The position numbers and the translations under genes were made by a program. The notes below the pieces were generated by a model. That model was not told the DNA's origin and made no database searches. It saw only the letters and a program-made list of their open reading frames with translations. This document shows, piece by piece, positions 1-8,097 of a stretch of 46,582 nt of DNA; position 1 is the stretch's first letter; every line of letters starts with the position of its first letter. Source of the DNA: a bacterium (lineage in GTDB: Bacteria > DRYD01); NCBI GenBank assembly GCA_049969455.1, contig JBMFOW010000001.1, positions 1 to 46,582 on the forward strand, written 5' to 3'.

Positions 1-1149
1 TCCCAGAGGCTGGATACCCATTCCTGATAAAATAGCCAGTATAACTGCCGCAGCCATAACCGAGCCAATTTGACCACCGGTATTAGCCCCAATAGCATTA
101 AACAGCAAAAAGCTGCGTGGATTAGCTTTTTGTCCTTCACGCTGTACCACTCTGGCTGACATAGGAAAAGCAGAGGTGCCTGCTGCACCCAGCAAAGGAT
201 TTATTTTCCCTTTGGTTACCCAGTACATAAATTTACCTATTAACACACCAGTGACAGTATCAAGTGAAATAGCAATCAATCCTAAAATAAAGACCATTAT
301 CGTTTGCCATCGAAGAAAATTCCCACCAAGCATAGAAGCCCCGATACAAAGTCCCAGGAAAAGGGTAACTACATTGGTAATTGTGTTCTCTGATACATCA
401 GTTAATCTCTGGACCACCCCTGACTCTTTAATAAAATTGCCCAGCATCAGCATACCCATTAGTGGAGCACCCATTGGTGCTATAAGAATTGTTATTATTC
501 CAGCGACAACCGGAAATAATATTTTGACAGTTTTAGAAACCTTTTTTTCACCGTAAGGCATCAGGGTGGCGCGTTCCTTTTTAGTAGTCAAAGCTCTCAT
601 TATCGGAGGTTGAATAATCGGTACCAGTGACATATATGAATATGCTGCAATAGAAACCGCGGGAAGCAAATCACGAGCATATTTTGATGTAACATAAATA
701 GACGTTGGCCCATCACAGGCACCTATAATAGCAATAGAAACTGCATGCTGTATGGGAAAACCTATCGCCAGCGCCAGTAACAATGTTAAAAATATACCAA
801 ACTGCCCTGCAGCACCAAAAATCAATACCGACGGATTGGCTAATAAAGGACCAAAATCAATCATTGCACCTAAACCGATAAATAGAAGTGATGGAAACAG
901 CTCAGTTAGAATGCCTGCCTTATATAGCAGACTAACGACACCTCCTTCATCACCCGCCGACATTCCCGCCAGTGGTAAATTGCCAAGCAAAATTCCAAAA
1001 CCTATTGGTATCAATAATAGTGGCTCTATCTTTCTAAAGGCACCAAGATACAATAACACGCACCCGACCAGGATCATAATGACAGCCTGCCAGGTTATAT
1101 TGGCAAATCCCTGAGCCAAACTTGTTAGTGCAGTTATAATTGTGTCCAT
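1..1149 (-). CDS. Na+-translocating decarboxylase beta subunit (OadB/GcdB/MmdB family); C-terminus runs off the left window edge
   Basis: Manual minus-strand translation from the ATG at 1149-1147 gives 383 codons with no stop: MDTIITALTSLAQGF... Family motifs present: FRKIEPLLLIPIGFG, GLGAMIDFGPLLANP, AAYSYMSLVPIIQPPIMRALTT, FLGLCIGASM, KINPLLGAAGTSAFPMSARV. It is absent from the ORF track only because the stop lies outside the window. GC is about 45% versus about 20% elsewhere. Confidence 0.85.
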   Translation of the reverse strand, partial: MDTIITALTSLAQGFANITWQAVIMILVGCVLLYLGAFRKIEPLLLIPIGFGILLGNLPLAGMSAGDEGGVVSLLYKAGILTELFPSLLFIGLGAMIDFGPLLANPSVLIFGAAGQFGIFLTLLLALAIGFPIQHAVSIAIIGACDGPTSIYVTSKYARDLLPAVSIAAYSYMSLVPIIQPPIMRALTTKKERATLMPYGEKKVSKTVKILFPVVAGIITILIAPMGAPLMGMLMLGNFIKESGVVQRLTDVSENTITNVVTLFLGLCIGASMLGGNFLRWQTIMVFILGLIAISLDTVTGVLIGKFMYWVTKGKINPLLGAAGTSAFPMSARVVQREGQKANPRSFLLFNAIGANTGGQIGSVMAAAVILAILSGMGIQPLG

Positions 1150-1286
1150 TAATTAACCCCACGAATAATAAATATAAACTATTTTTTATTTTTATTATTC
1201 TTTTATTTATTTGCTTAACCTTCTTTTATTAATTTTAATTTTATTTTATTAAACCTAAAAACAAAAAATTCAATAAAAAAAAATAA

Positions 1287-1307
1287 GGAGCATAAAAATT
1301 ATGCTCC
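1287..1307 (-). terminator. Putative intrinsic terminator downstream of the 1362..1853 gene
   Basis: 7-bp stem GGAGCAT/ATGCTCC (1287-1293 with 1301-1307) and a 7-nt loop. On the minus strand it is followed by a T9 run (A-run 1275-1283 on the plus strand). It lies about 55 nt past the stop at 1362. Confidence 0.55.
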
Positions 1308-1361
1308 CTTCTTAATTATTAAATTAAAAATTTATTAAATTAATTTTAATTTTGATTATCT

Positions 1362-1853
1362 TTATTTTGTGTTTTTTTTCTCCATTTGAGATATAGAATG
1401 ATAAATAGCACCAACTACTCCACCTATTACTCCTCCTATAGCAGCTCCAAGAGCTAATCCTTTCATAGCCATTCCTGCTACATCTACACCATGTTCGAAC
1501 TCAACTTGTGGTACTTGGTAAGTATCTATAACTTTATAATCAATTTGAGGGTAAAACTTAACCCAATACCCTCTAACTTCTTCTACACAATGCTCATGTA
1601 CAGTACCATCCGCATGCTCATGTGGATAACAATCTGTATCATAATCTGCTATAACATTTTGATTATATCCATTAAAAACTGGTTCTTTAACTTCATAAGT
1701 ATTATAATATACAATAGGCTTTCCATGATCTGTAAATGTTTTAGTAACTTCCTTATAAACCACTTTACCAGTTTCGTCCTTAACAGGTACTTTTTCATAT
1801 ATAGGATCAGTAGGAGTTAGATCTACTTTATTACCAAACCAGCCCCAAACCAC
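1362..1853 (-). CDS. Hypothetical protein with C-terminal glycine-zipper transmembrane helix and a His/Cys-rich segment (GTG start; possibly the 3' part of a frameshifted longer gene)
   Basis: 163-aa ORF. The C-terminus GLALGAAIGGVIGGVVGAIY is a GxxxG-type zipper. A YPHEHADGTVHEHC segment is also present. No family recognised. Confidence 0.55.
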   Translation of the reverse strand: MVWGWFGNKVDLTPTDPIYEKVPVKDETGKVVYKEVTKTFTDHGKPIVYYNTYEVKEPVFNGYNQNVIADYDTDCYPHEHADGTVHEHCVEEVRGYWVKFYPQIDYKVIDTYQVPQVEFEHGVDVAGMAMKGLALGAAIGGVIGGVVGAIYHSISQMEKKNTK

Positions 1854-1926
1854 GTTCTAATATATTGATCATGAGGTATTTTATCTATTTCTTTTGTTTC
1901 ATATATAGGTTCCTTATAAGTCAAAG

Positions 1927-2112
1927 TTACGCTCTCAACAGGTACTTTTTTAATTTCATTATCAGCTTGGTTAAGTCCATAATAAAAACTCCAATAGCAC
2001 CAACACCTACTCCTATAGCAGCACCTGTTAATATTGTTTCTCCTTTCTTAGTCTTATCCTCATTAGCTTTAAATAAGTTATTTTTTATTCCTAACATTTT
2101 AATCACCCCCAT
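1927..2112 (-). CDS. Small glycine-zipper membrane protein (possibly the 5' part of the same disrupted gene as 1362..1853)
   Basis: 61-aa ORF containing TGAAIGVGVGAIGVFI. An SD-like GGGGGTG lies directly upstream of the ATG at 2112. Confidence 0.45.
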   Translation of the reverse strand: MGVIKMLGIKNNLFKANEDKTKKGETILTGAAIGVGVGAIGVFIMDLTKLIMKLKKYLLRA

Positions 2113-2303
2113 CTTTTATTACTTTTTTATATATTAGAAATTATAAAATAAATCATTAAAAGCATTTATTAAAAATATATTAAAAATTAAGTAAATTTAA
2201 AATAATAATTAATTTCTAAAATTTAAAAAAGGAATAAAGTTAAAAATGTTAAAGAATATATTAACATATAAAACAAGAATAAATATCTCGTTATTAATAT
2301 AAT

Positions 2304-3146
2304 ATGAAAAAAATTATTAATATAATTAAAAGTACGATTCTAATATTGATATTTTTTATTTTATTAATAGAATTTTGCTTTGGAGATATATATATAAAAT
2401 ATCTTGGGCATTCTTGTTTTTATATTAATTTTAAAGACAATAACAATCAAAATATAATGTCAATTTTGATAGACCCATATTCATATGAATTATCATACCC
2501 TTATCTAAAAGATTTTGAAAAAACTAATGAATTTAAAAATTTAAATTATATAATAAGTAGCCATACTCATTTTGATCATTTTAATGAAAATATTTTTAAA
2601 TTACTAAAAAGTAAATATATAAAAGGAGCAGATGATAACAATTGGTACCCCTTTTATTTAGAAAATAATAAAATAAAAATATATAATTTTGGTATATATC
2701 ATGATGAAAACTTAGGTAAAGACAGAGGTAAAAATAGTATTACAGTTATCGAATCTAATTTAAATAATGAAAAATTTAAATTAGTACATTTAGGAGATAT
2801 AGGTCATCTTTTAAATGAAAATACTAATTACATTAATAAAAAAAATTTTAATATAAACGAAATTAAAAACTGTGATATACTATTTATACCAGTTGGCGGA
2901 TATTTTACGATTGATATAAATAAAATAAATGAATTAATAGGTTTCATAAATCCAAAATCAATAATTCCTATGCATTATAAGAATAAATATATTCCAGATT
3001 TTCCAATATCAAATTTAAATGATTTCTTTAATAACCCTAAAATAAAAGAAAAACTAAAAGGATTTAAAATAGTTGAATCCCAAAATTCAATAACTATAAA
3101 AAATAAAATAACTCAAAAACAAGTAATAATATTTAAAATATATTAG
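2304..3146 (+). CDS. MBL-fold metallo-hydrolase with N-terminal signal/anchor
   Basis: 280 aa. Hydrophobic N-terminus ILILIFFILLIEFCFG. Motifs LGHSCF, the HxHxDH-type SSHTHFDHF, and later HLGD and PMHY. Confidence 0.75.
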   Translation: MKKIINIIKSTILILIFFILLIEFCFGDIYIKYLGHSCFYINFKDNNNQNIMSILIDPYSYELSYPYLKDFEKTNEFKNLNYIISSHTHFDHFNENIFKLLKSKYIKGADDNNWYPFYLENNKIKIYNFGIYHDENLGKDRGKNSITVIESNLNNEKFKLVHLGDIGHLLNENTNYINKKNFNINEIKNCDILFIPVGGYFTIDINKINELIGFINPKSIIPMHYKNKYIPDFPISNLNDFFNNPKIKEKLKGFKIVESQNSITIKNKITQKQVIIFKIY

Positions 3147-3153
3147 TAAAAAT

Positions 3154-4341
3154 ATGAAAAAACAAGAAAATCTTAAAGAAAATTTTAAAAAATTAATTTT
3201 AATAGAATCTAAAAATTATATAGATTCTTTAATAAAAAATAGAAGAGATTTACATAAAATTCCAGAATTAGGTTTCCAAGAATTTAAAACTTCAAAATAT
3301 ATATATAACGAAATAAAAGACTATGTAGATGAGATATATAACTTAGCTACAACAGGAATAGTAGCTTATATATATTCAAATCCTAAAAGTAATAAAACTT
3401 TACTATTACGTGCAGATATAGATGCACTACCTATAAAAGAAGAAAACGAAATAGAATATAAATCAGAACATGAAGGATTAATGCATGCTTGTGGACATGA
3501 TGCTCATTCTTCTATCTTAATAAATACTATTAAATATTTTTCAAAAAACAAAGATAAATTAAAAATAAACTTAAAATTTATGTTTCAACCTGGAGAAGAG
3601 GGTTATGCTGGTGCCAAAAAAATGATAGAAGAAGGAATTTTAAAAGATGTAGATTATTCAGTAGCTTTACATGTTTGGAATGATTTAGAATTAGGTAAAG
3701 TAGCAATAAATAAAGGTCCATCTATGGCTTCATCCGATAGCTTTGAAATAGAATTAATAGGAAAAGGGGGACATGCAGCTATACCTTATCAAACTAATGA
3801 CCCCATCTTATTAGCAATAAATTTTATAAACTATTGCTATACTTACTTTCCAAGATCTTTTAATAATGAACATATTTTAAGTTTTACATATATCAATGCA
3901 GGAACTGCTAATAATATAATTCCCGATAAACTAACAATAAAGGGAACTATTAGAACATTTGATGAAAATATTAGAATAAATGTAGCTTCTAAATTAGAAA
4001 GAATTTTAAAAACTTTTTGTAATTTAAGTAATATAGATTACATATTAAAGTATAATTTAGGTTATCCAGTTTTAATAAATGATTCATTTTTATATGAAAT
4101 AGCTTATAAAGCCTTACAAAAAATGGAAGTAAAAATAGAGAAATTTAAATCTATGGGATCAGAAGATATGGCATATATTTTCCAAAAGGTACCAGGAATT
4201 TATGTAGCAATAGGATCAAAAGATGAATTTAATAATGCACCACATCATAATCCTAAATTCAATATTAATGAAAACTCCATGCTAATAGGGATGCAATTCT
4301 TTATTAATTTTGTATACCTACTTCAAGAAAATATAAAATAA
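3154..4341 (+). CDS. M20-family amidohydrolase (M20D, aminoacylase/hippurate hydrolase-like)
   Basis: 395 aa. Motifs RRDLHKIPELGFQEFKTS, ACGHDAH, FQPGEEG and GKGGHAA are typical of M20D enzymes. Confidence 0.85.
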   Translation: MKKQENLKENFKKLILIESKNYIDSLIKNRRDLHKIPELGFQEFKTSKYIYNEIKDYVDEIYNLATTGIVAYIYSNPKSNKTLLLRADIDALPIKEENEIEYKSEHEGLMHACGHDAHSSILINTIKYFSKNKDKLKINLKFMFQPGEEGYAGAKKMIEEGILKDVDYSVALHVWNDLELGKVAINKGPSMASSDSFEIELIGKGGHAAIPYQTNDPILLAINFINYCYTYFPRSFNNEHILSFTYINAGTANNIIPDKLTIKGTIRTFDENIRINVASKLERILKTFCNLSNIDYILKYNLGYPVLINDSFLYEIAYKALQKMEVKIEKFKSMGSEDMAYIFQKVPGIYVAIGSKDEFNNAPHHNPKFNINENSMLIGMQFFINFVYLLQENIK

Positions 4342-4383
4342 AATAAAATAAAATAAATTAAATTAAATTAAATTAAATTAAAG
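4335..4383. repeat. Pentanucleotide microsatellite, (AAAAT)n followed by (AAATT)5
   Basis: aaaataaaataaaataaaataaattaaattaaattaaattaaattaa begins in the last codons of the M20 gene and fills most of the gap to the convergent photolyase gene. Confidence 0.9.
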
Positions 4384-4404
4384 CTAAGATAGTTTTTTTT
4401 TTAA

Positions 4405-5787
4405 CTATAATTTTAAAAATCTACTTAAATATTGATTAACATCAAATTTTTGAGCTAAATACTTAGAGCTCATATATCTTATTTTACCGAATATTTTTCT
4501 TTCTATAAAAGGTCTATCAAAATTGCCAAAACACCAAGAGATTCCAGCATAACCATTAGGATCTCTACCATCCAAAAGATACTTATCATTTAAATAGCAA
4601 GCTATATCAAAAGCTTGTTTAGGATGCTCAGTCCATTCAATTATTTTTTTAGCCCAATACATCCTCATATAATTATGCATCTTACCAGTAATTAAAAGTT
4701 CCTTACAAGCAGCATTCCAATACTCATCATGTGTTTTACCTTGTTCTAATTCCTCTAAAGTATAGATATATTCCCTTTTATCTGATAAATGATCTTCTAA
4801 GGTTTTTCTTGCCCATAAAGGAATTCCTTCATACTGATTATACAATGGATTATAATAAACATAGTTTCTAGCAAGTTCCCTCCAAACTATAATTTCATTG
4901 AAAAAAGATTTTACATTCTCATCTTCTTTATTATAATACTTAAGAATTTCAATAACAATCTTTAAAGGTGATATCTGTCCAAAATGTAAATAAGGACTTA
5001 AATTAGAAGTATAGTCCAATATAGGATTAGATCTATTATCTTTATAAAAAGGAAGTTTTCTTTCTATAAATTCTTTCAGTAATTTATTAGCTATATCGCT
5101 ACCCCCTTGATAATACTTTTCAACAGTAGAAACTGACTTATCTATATTTAAAATATTTAAATATTCTTGAACTTCATTAAAATCAATAACATTATCCAAA
5201 TATACATCTAAATCATTATTTTTTATTATAGGTTCAAGATGTTTAACTTCTAATAAAAAATAATCAAAAATTTTTTCTATTTTATTTCTAAAAATAAAAG
5301 CATAAGGAATACTTTTATTAAAGATAAATTGTACAGGAAAAATAACATCAGATTCTACTTCATAAACGCAAACCTCAACAAAATTAGCTACCTTATTTCT
5401 CCATAGTCTTTGAGTTTTTAAATAATTTTTATCTAACACAACCAAACAAGCTTCTTTACTCAACTTTATACATCCATTTACATAATCATCTTTAATAATA
5501 AAAAAATTTATATCCCTATTTCTTAAATCTTTTTTCAATTTTATTAATCCTTCAATAATGAATCTATAATATCTTTGATTAGAAAATTTATATTTATCCG
5601 TTAGGAAAAAAACGACTAAAACAGGTTTTTTATAATAATTAGCTTTATAAATAGAGAATTCTAATGCATGATTAAATTCTTGCCTTTGAGAAGCTTCCAT
5701 ACAATAAAGTACATATTTACCTTTTGAATTTTCTTCTTTTTTATTTAACTTTAAAACTCTGTTTTCAAATATTTTTTCAATACTCAT
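4405..5787 (-). CDS. phr: Class II CPD deoxyribodipyrimidine photolyase
   Basis: 460 aa. Class II signatures YLHFGQISPL, GKMHNYMRMYWAKKIIEW, LNDKYLLDGRDPNGYAGISW and IFGKIRYM. Confidence 0.9.
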   Translation of the reverse strand: MSIEKIFENRVLKLNKKEENSKGKYVLYCMEASQRQEFNHALEFSIYKANYYKKPVLVVFFLTDKYKFSNQRYYRFIIEGLIKLKKDLRNRDINFFIIKDDYVNGCIKLSKEACLVVLDKNYLKTQRLWRNKVANFVEVCVYEVESDVIFPVQFIFNKSIPYAFIFRNKIEKIFDYFLLEVKHLEPIIKNNDLDVYLDNVIDFNEVQEYLNILNIDKSVSTVEKYYQGGSDIANKLLKEFIERKLPFYKDNRSNPILDYTSNLSPYLHFGQISPLKIVIEILKYYNKEDENVKSFFNEIIVWRELARNYVYYNPLYNQYEGIPLWARKTLEDHLSDKREYIYTLEELEQGKTHDEYWNAACKELLITGKMHNYMRMYWAKKIIEWTEHPKQAFDIACYLNDKYLLDGRDPNGYAGISWCFGNFDRPFIERKIFGKIRYMSSKYLAQKFDVNQYLSRFLKL

Positions 5788-5792
5788 AAAAT

Positions 5793-7196
5793 TTATATTT
5801 TCTTTAAACTATTGCTTAAAATAACTAAAAAATCTTCATTTACTTTCTGAGAATTTATTTTTTCGTATAAAGATTTCAAATTAGGTTCTAATTTTTGATA
5901 AATTTTTTGACTACTGCTAAAAGCTATATCAATAGCCCAAATATATTTTTCTAAATTATTAGAAGGCAATATATTTAAATTCAAATCCTTTACTATCAGA
6001 TCATTAATGCTAACATTATCTATAAAAATATAAATAGAACTTCTAAAAATAATTATTATAAAATTTTGAAATTTATTCAATAAATCTATAGTTTCTATTA
6101 TTTTATCTTTAATAAAGTAAAAGTTATCTAAATCATTTTTGTAGTAAATAAAATTTATATCATTTTCTTGATTTAGAGTAAATCCAGCATCTTTAAATAA
6201 AATAACATCAAAATCAATATCATAAAAATAAGAAGATATTAAACTTATTTTATGTTCAATTTCGTTTTTATTATATAAATCTTTGTTTAAAGAGAAATCA
6301 TTATCACTAAAAACTATTTCTGATTTATCAATTATATAAGAATTATTTTTCTCAATAGGAATTTCCATAATTTCTAATGATTTTTTAGATAATTTTAAAT
6401 TATTTAAATCTAATTTATAATTTAAATTAGAATTTATATTTGGATATTTAAAAATAATAATAGGCTTGTAATTTAAGTACTTAAATGAATCAAATAAAAT
6501 AGCTATACCATTAAAAAATATTTCACTTCTTTTATCATTAGTAAAAATAATATCTAAGATTGAAATAAAAGAATGCTTCTTTAAGCTTAATGGATTAAAA
6601 TCTAAAGTAATTGCTTTTTTCATTATATATCTAAAAGAATCTTGATTTATATAATTTTTAAAATTATAAAAAATAAAATCATTAACAAATTTAAAAATAA
6701 AATTATTCTTAGTAATAAAATTAAATTCAGGCATATTAGAATCTAAATAAAAATCATAAATATAATTTAAATTTATTTTTAAATCTTTTTGATGAGCTAA
6801 GTTGAAAATATTTTTAAAAAAATTAGTAATAGCATCATTAATTTTTTTAACAAAAATAAACCAAAAAATTATAACCAAAATAATAGAAATTATAAGTTTT
6901 ATATTAAAACTAATAAAAGATAAAATCAAAAATATAACAGAAAATAATATAAAAATAAAAACCCAAAAAGAAAAAGAAATATTTTCACTATTATAATTAA
7001 TTATAAAAACAATTACAGAAAATAAAATCAAAAAGGTTATTATTTTTAATTCATTATTAATAAAAGAAATAGATAAAAGAAGTATTATAGATAAAGAAAA
7101 AATTAAAGATAAATTAAATAAAAAATATAATTGATTTTTAAAATTTTTTTTAGTATCATCTATAATAGATATTACTTTATTTTTTAAATCAAACAT
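5793..7196 (-). CDS. Hypothetical membrane protein
   Basis: 467 aa. About 4 hydrophobic helices in the first ~115 aa, then an N/K/I/F-rich region with no recognisable motif. It ends 5 nt before the photolyase start. Confidence 0.6.
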   Translation of the reverse strand: MFDLKNKVISIIDDTKKNFKNQLYFLFNLSLIFSLSIILLLSISFINNELKIITFLILFSVIVFIINYNSENISFSFWVFIFILFSVIFLILSFISFNIKLIISIILVIIFWFIFVKKINDAITNFFKNIFNLAHQKDLKINLNYIYDFYLDSNMPEFNFITKNNFIFKFVNDFIFYNFKNYINQDSFRYIMKKAITLDFNPLSLKKHSFISILDIIFTNDKRSEIFFNGIAILFDSFKYLNYKPIIIFKYPNINSNLNYKLDLNNLKLSKKSLEIMEIPIEKNNSYIIDKSEIVFSDNDFSLNKDLYNKNEIEHKISLISSYFYDIDFDVILFKDAGFTLNQENDINFIYYKNDLDNFYFIKDKIIETIDLLNKFQNFIIIIFRSSIYIFIDNVSINDLIVKDLNLNILPSNNLEKYIWAIDIAFSSSQKIYQKLEPNLKSLYEKINSQKVNEDFLVILSNSLKKI

Positions 7197-7256
7197 AATT
7201 ATATTAAGCTTAGAATATTCGAAACAAACTTAACTAATTTAACTATTTTGATTAAT

Positions 7257-8027
7257 TTACTTTATTATTTCGTTAAATATTTTAAAATCATAAACTTTAT
7301 AATTTTTATCATCTATAAACAATAAAACTGCACAAAAAATATAAGGTTTAGATTTTTCAGGCTCAAATTTATTATACAATCCAGTATCTAATTTCTCCAT
7401 TATTTTTTGTATTTTAAAACCAATAATAGAATTATAAGCTCCACACATACCTATATCACTTATATAAAAAGTACCACCTGGCAAAATCTTATAATCATTA
7501 GTTTGTACATGTGTATGAGTACCAATAAACGCAGTAATCTTACCATCTAAGTAATAAGCGATAGACATTTTCTCAGCAGTAGCTTCACCATGAAAATCCA
7601 TTATTATTATCTTATATTTATCAAAGAAACCCTCGTTTAATAACTGCTTAATATTAATAATAGGAGAAATTGGGGTATCTAAAAAAGTTCTACCCTGAAT
7701 ATTAATAACTGCTAAAATATTGTTAGTATATATCCCTTTACCTGGTAAAAAAGGGAAAAAATTTATAGGTCTTATAATGTTATCATTATTAATAATTTCT
7801 AAAACTTCTTTATTATCCCAAGTATGATTACCCATAGTAAATAAATCTATACCAGCTTCAATTAATTCTTTATAAACTTTTTTAGTAATTCCAAAACCTC
7901 CTGCACTATTCTCTGCATTCGCTATTATAAAATCCACTTTATACTCATTTTTAATTTTTGGTATCATTAATTTCACTACTTCCCTACCAGCAGAAGATAC
8001 TATATCACCTATAAATAATATATTCAT
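7257..8027 (-). CDS. ymdB: YmdB-family metallophosphoesterase (2',3'-cyclic-nucleotide phosphodiesterase)
   Basis: 256 aa. Motifs MNILFIGDIVSSAGRE, ANAENSAGGFG, MGNHTWD, DFHGEATAEK and GTHTHVQTND track B. subtilis YmdB along the whole length. Confidence 0.9.
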   Translation of the reverse strand: MNILFIGDIVSSAGREVVKLMIPKIKNEYKVDFIIANAENSAGGFGITKKVYKELIEAGIDLFTMGNHTWDNKEVLEIINNDNIIRPINFFPFLPGKGIYTNNILAVINIQGRTFLDTPISPIINIKQLLNEGFFDKYKIIIMDFHGEATAEKMSIAYYLDGKITAFIGTHTHVQTNDYKILPGGTFYISDIGMCGAYNSIIGFKIQKIMEKLDTGLYNKFEPEKSKPYIFCAVLLFIDDKNYKVYDFKIFNEIIK

Positions 8028-8097
8028 AATTAACTTCCTTTCTATTAAAATTTTTTTTAAAATTTTATTTTAAATTTTTTATTGTTAAAAGAAAATA

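Noticed and set aside
176-1114. Plus-strand ORFs 176..556 and 752..1114 from the ORF track
   Set aside because: They lie antisense to the clearly homologous OadB-family reading frame. Their translations are low-complexity P/I/S-rich shadows with no motif.
1491-2137. Plus-strand ORFs 1491..1820 and 1865..2137
   Set aside because: They are antisense shadows of the minus-strand glycine-zipper gene(s). The I/F/N/Y-rich translations are typical of the reverse frame in AT-rich DNA, and no SD is present.
4335-4383. Repeat array after the M20 gene as a CRISPR-like or regulatory array
   Set aside because: The 5-nt unit has no spacers. It is a simple AT microsatellite of the kind expected by slippage in very AT-rich DNA.
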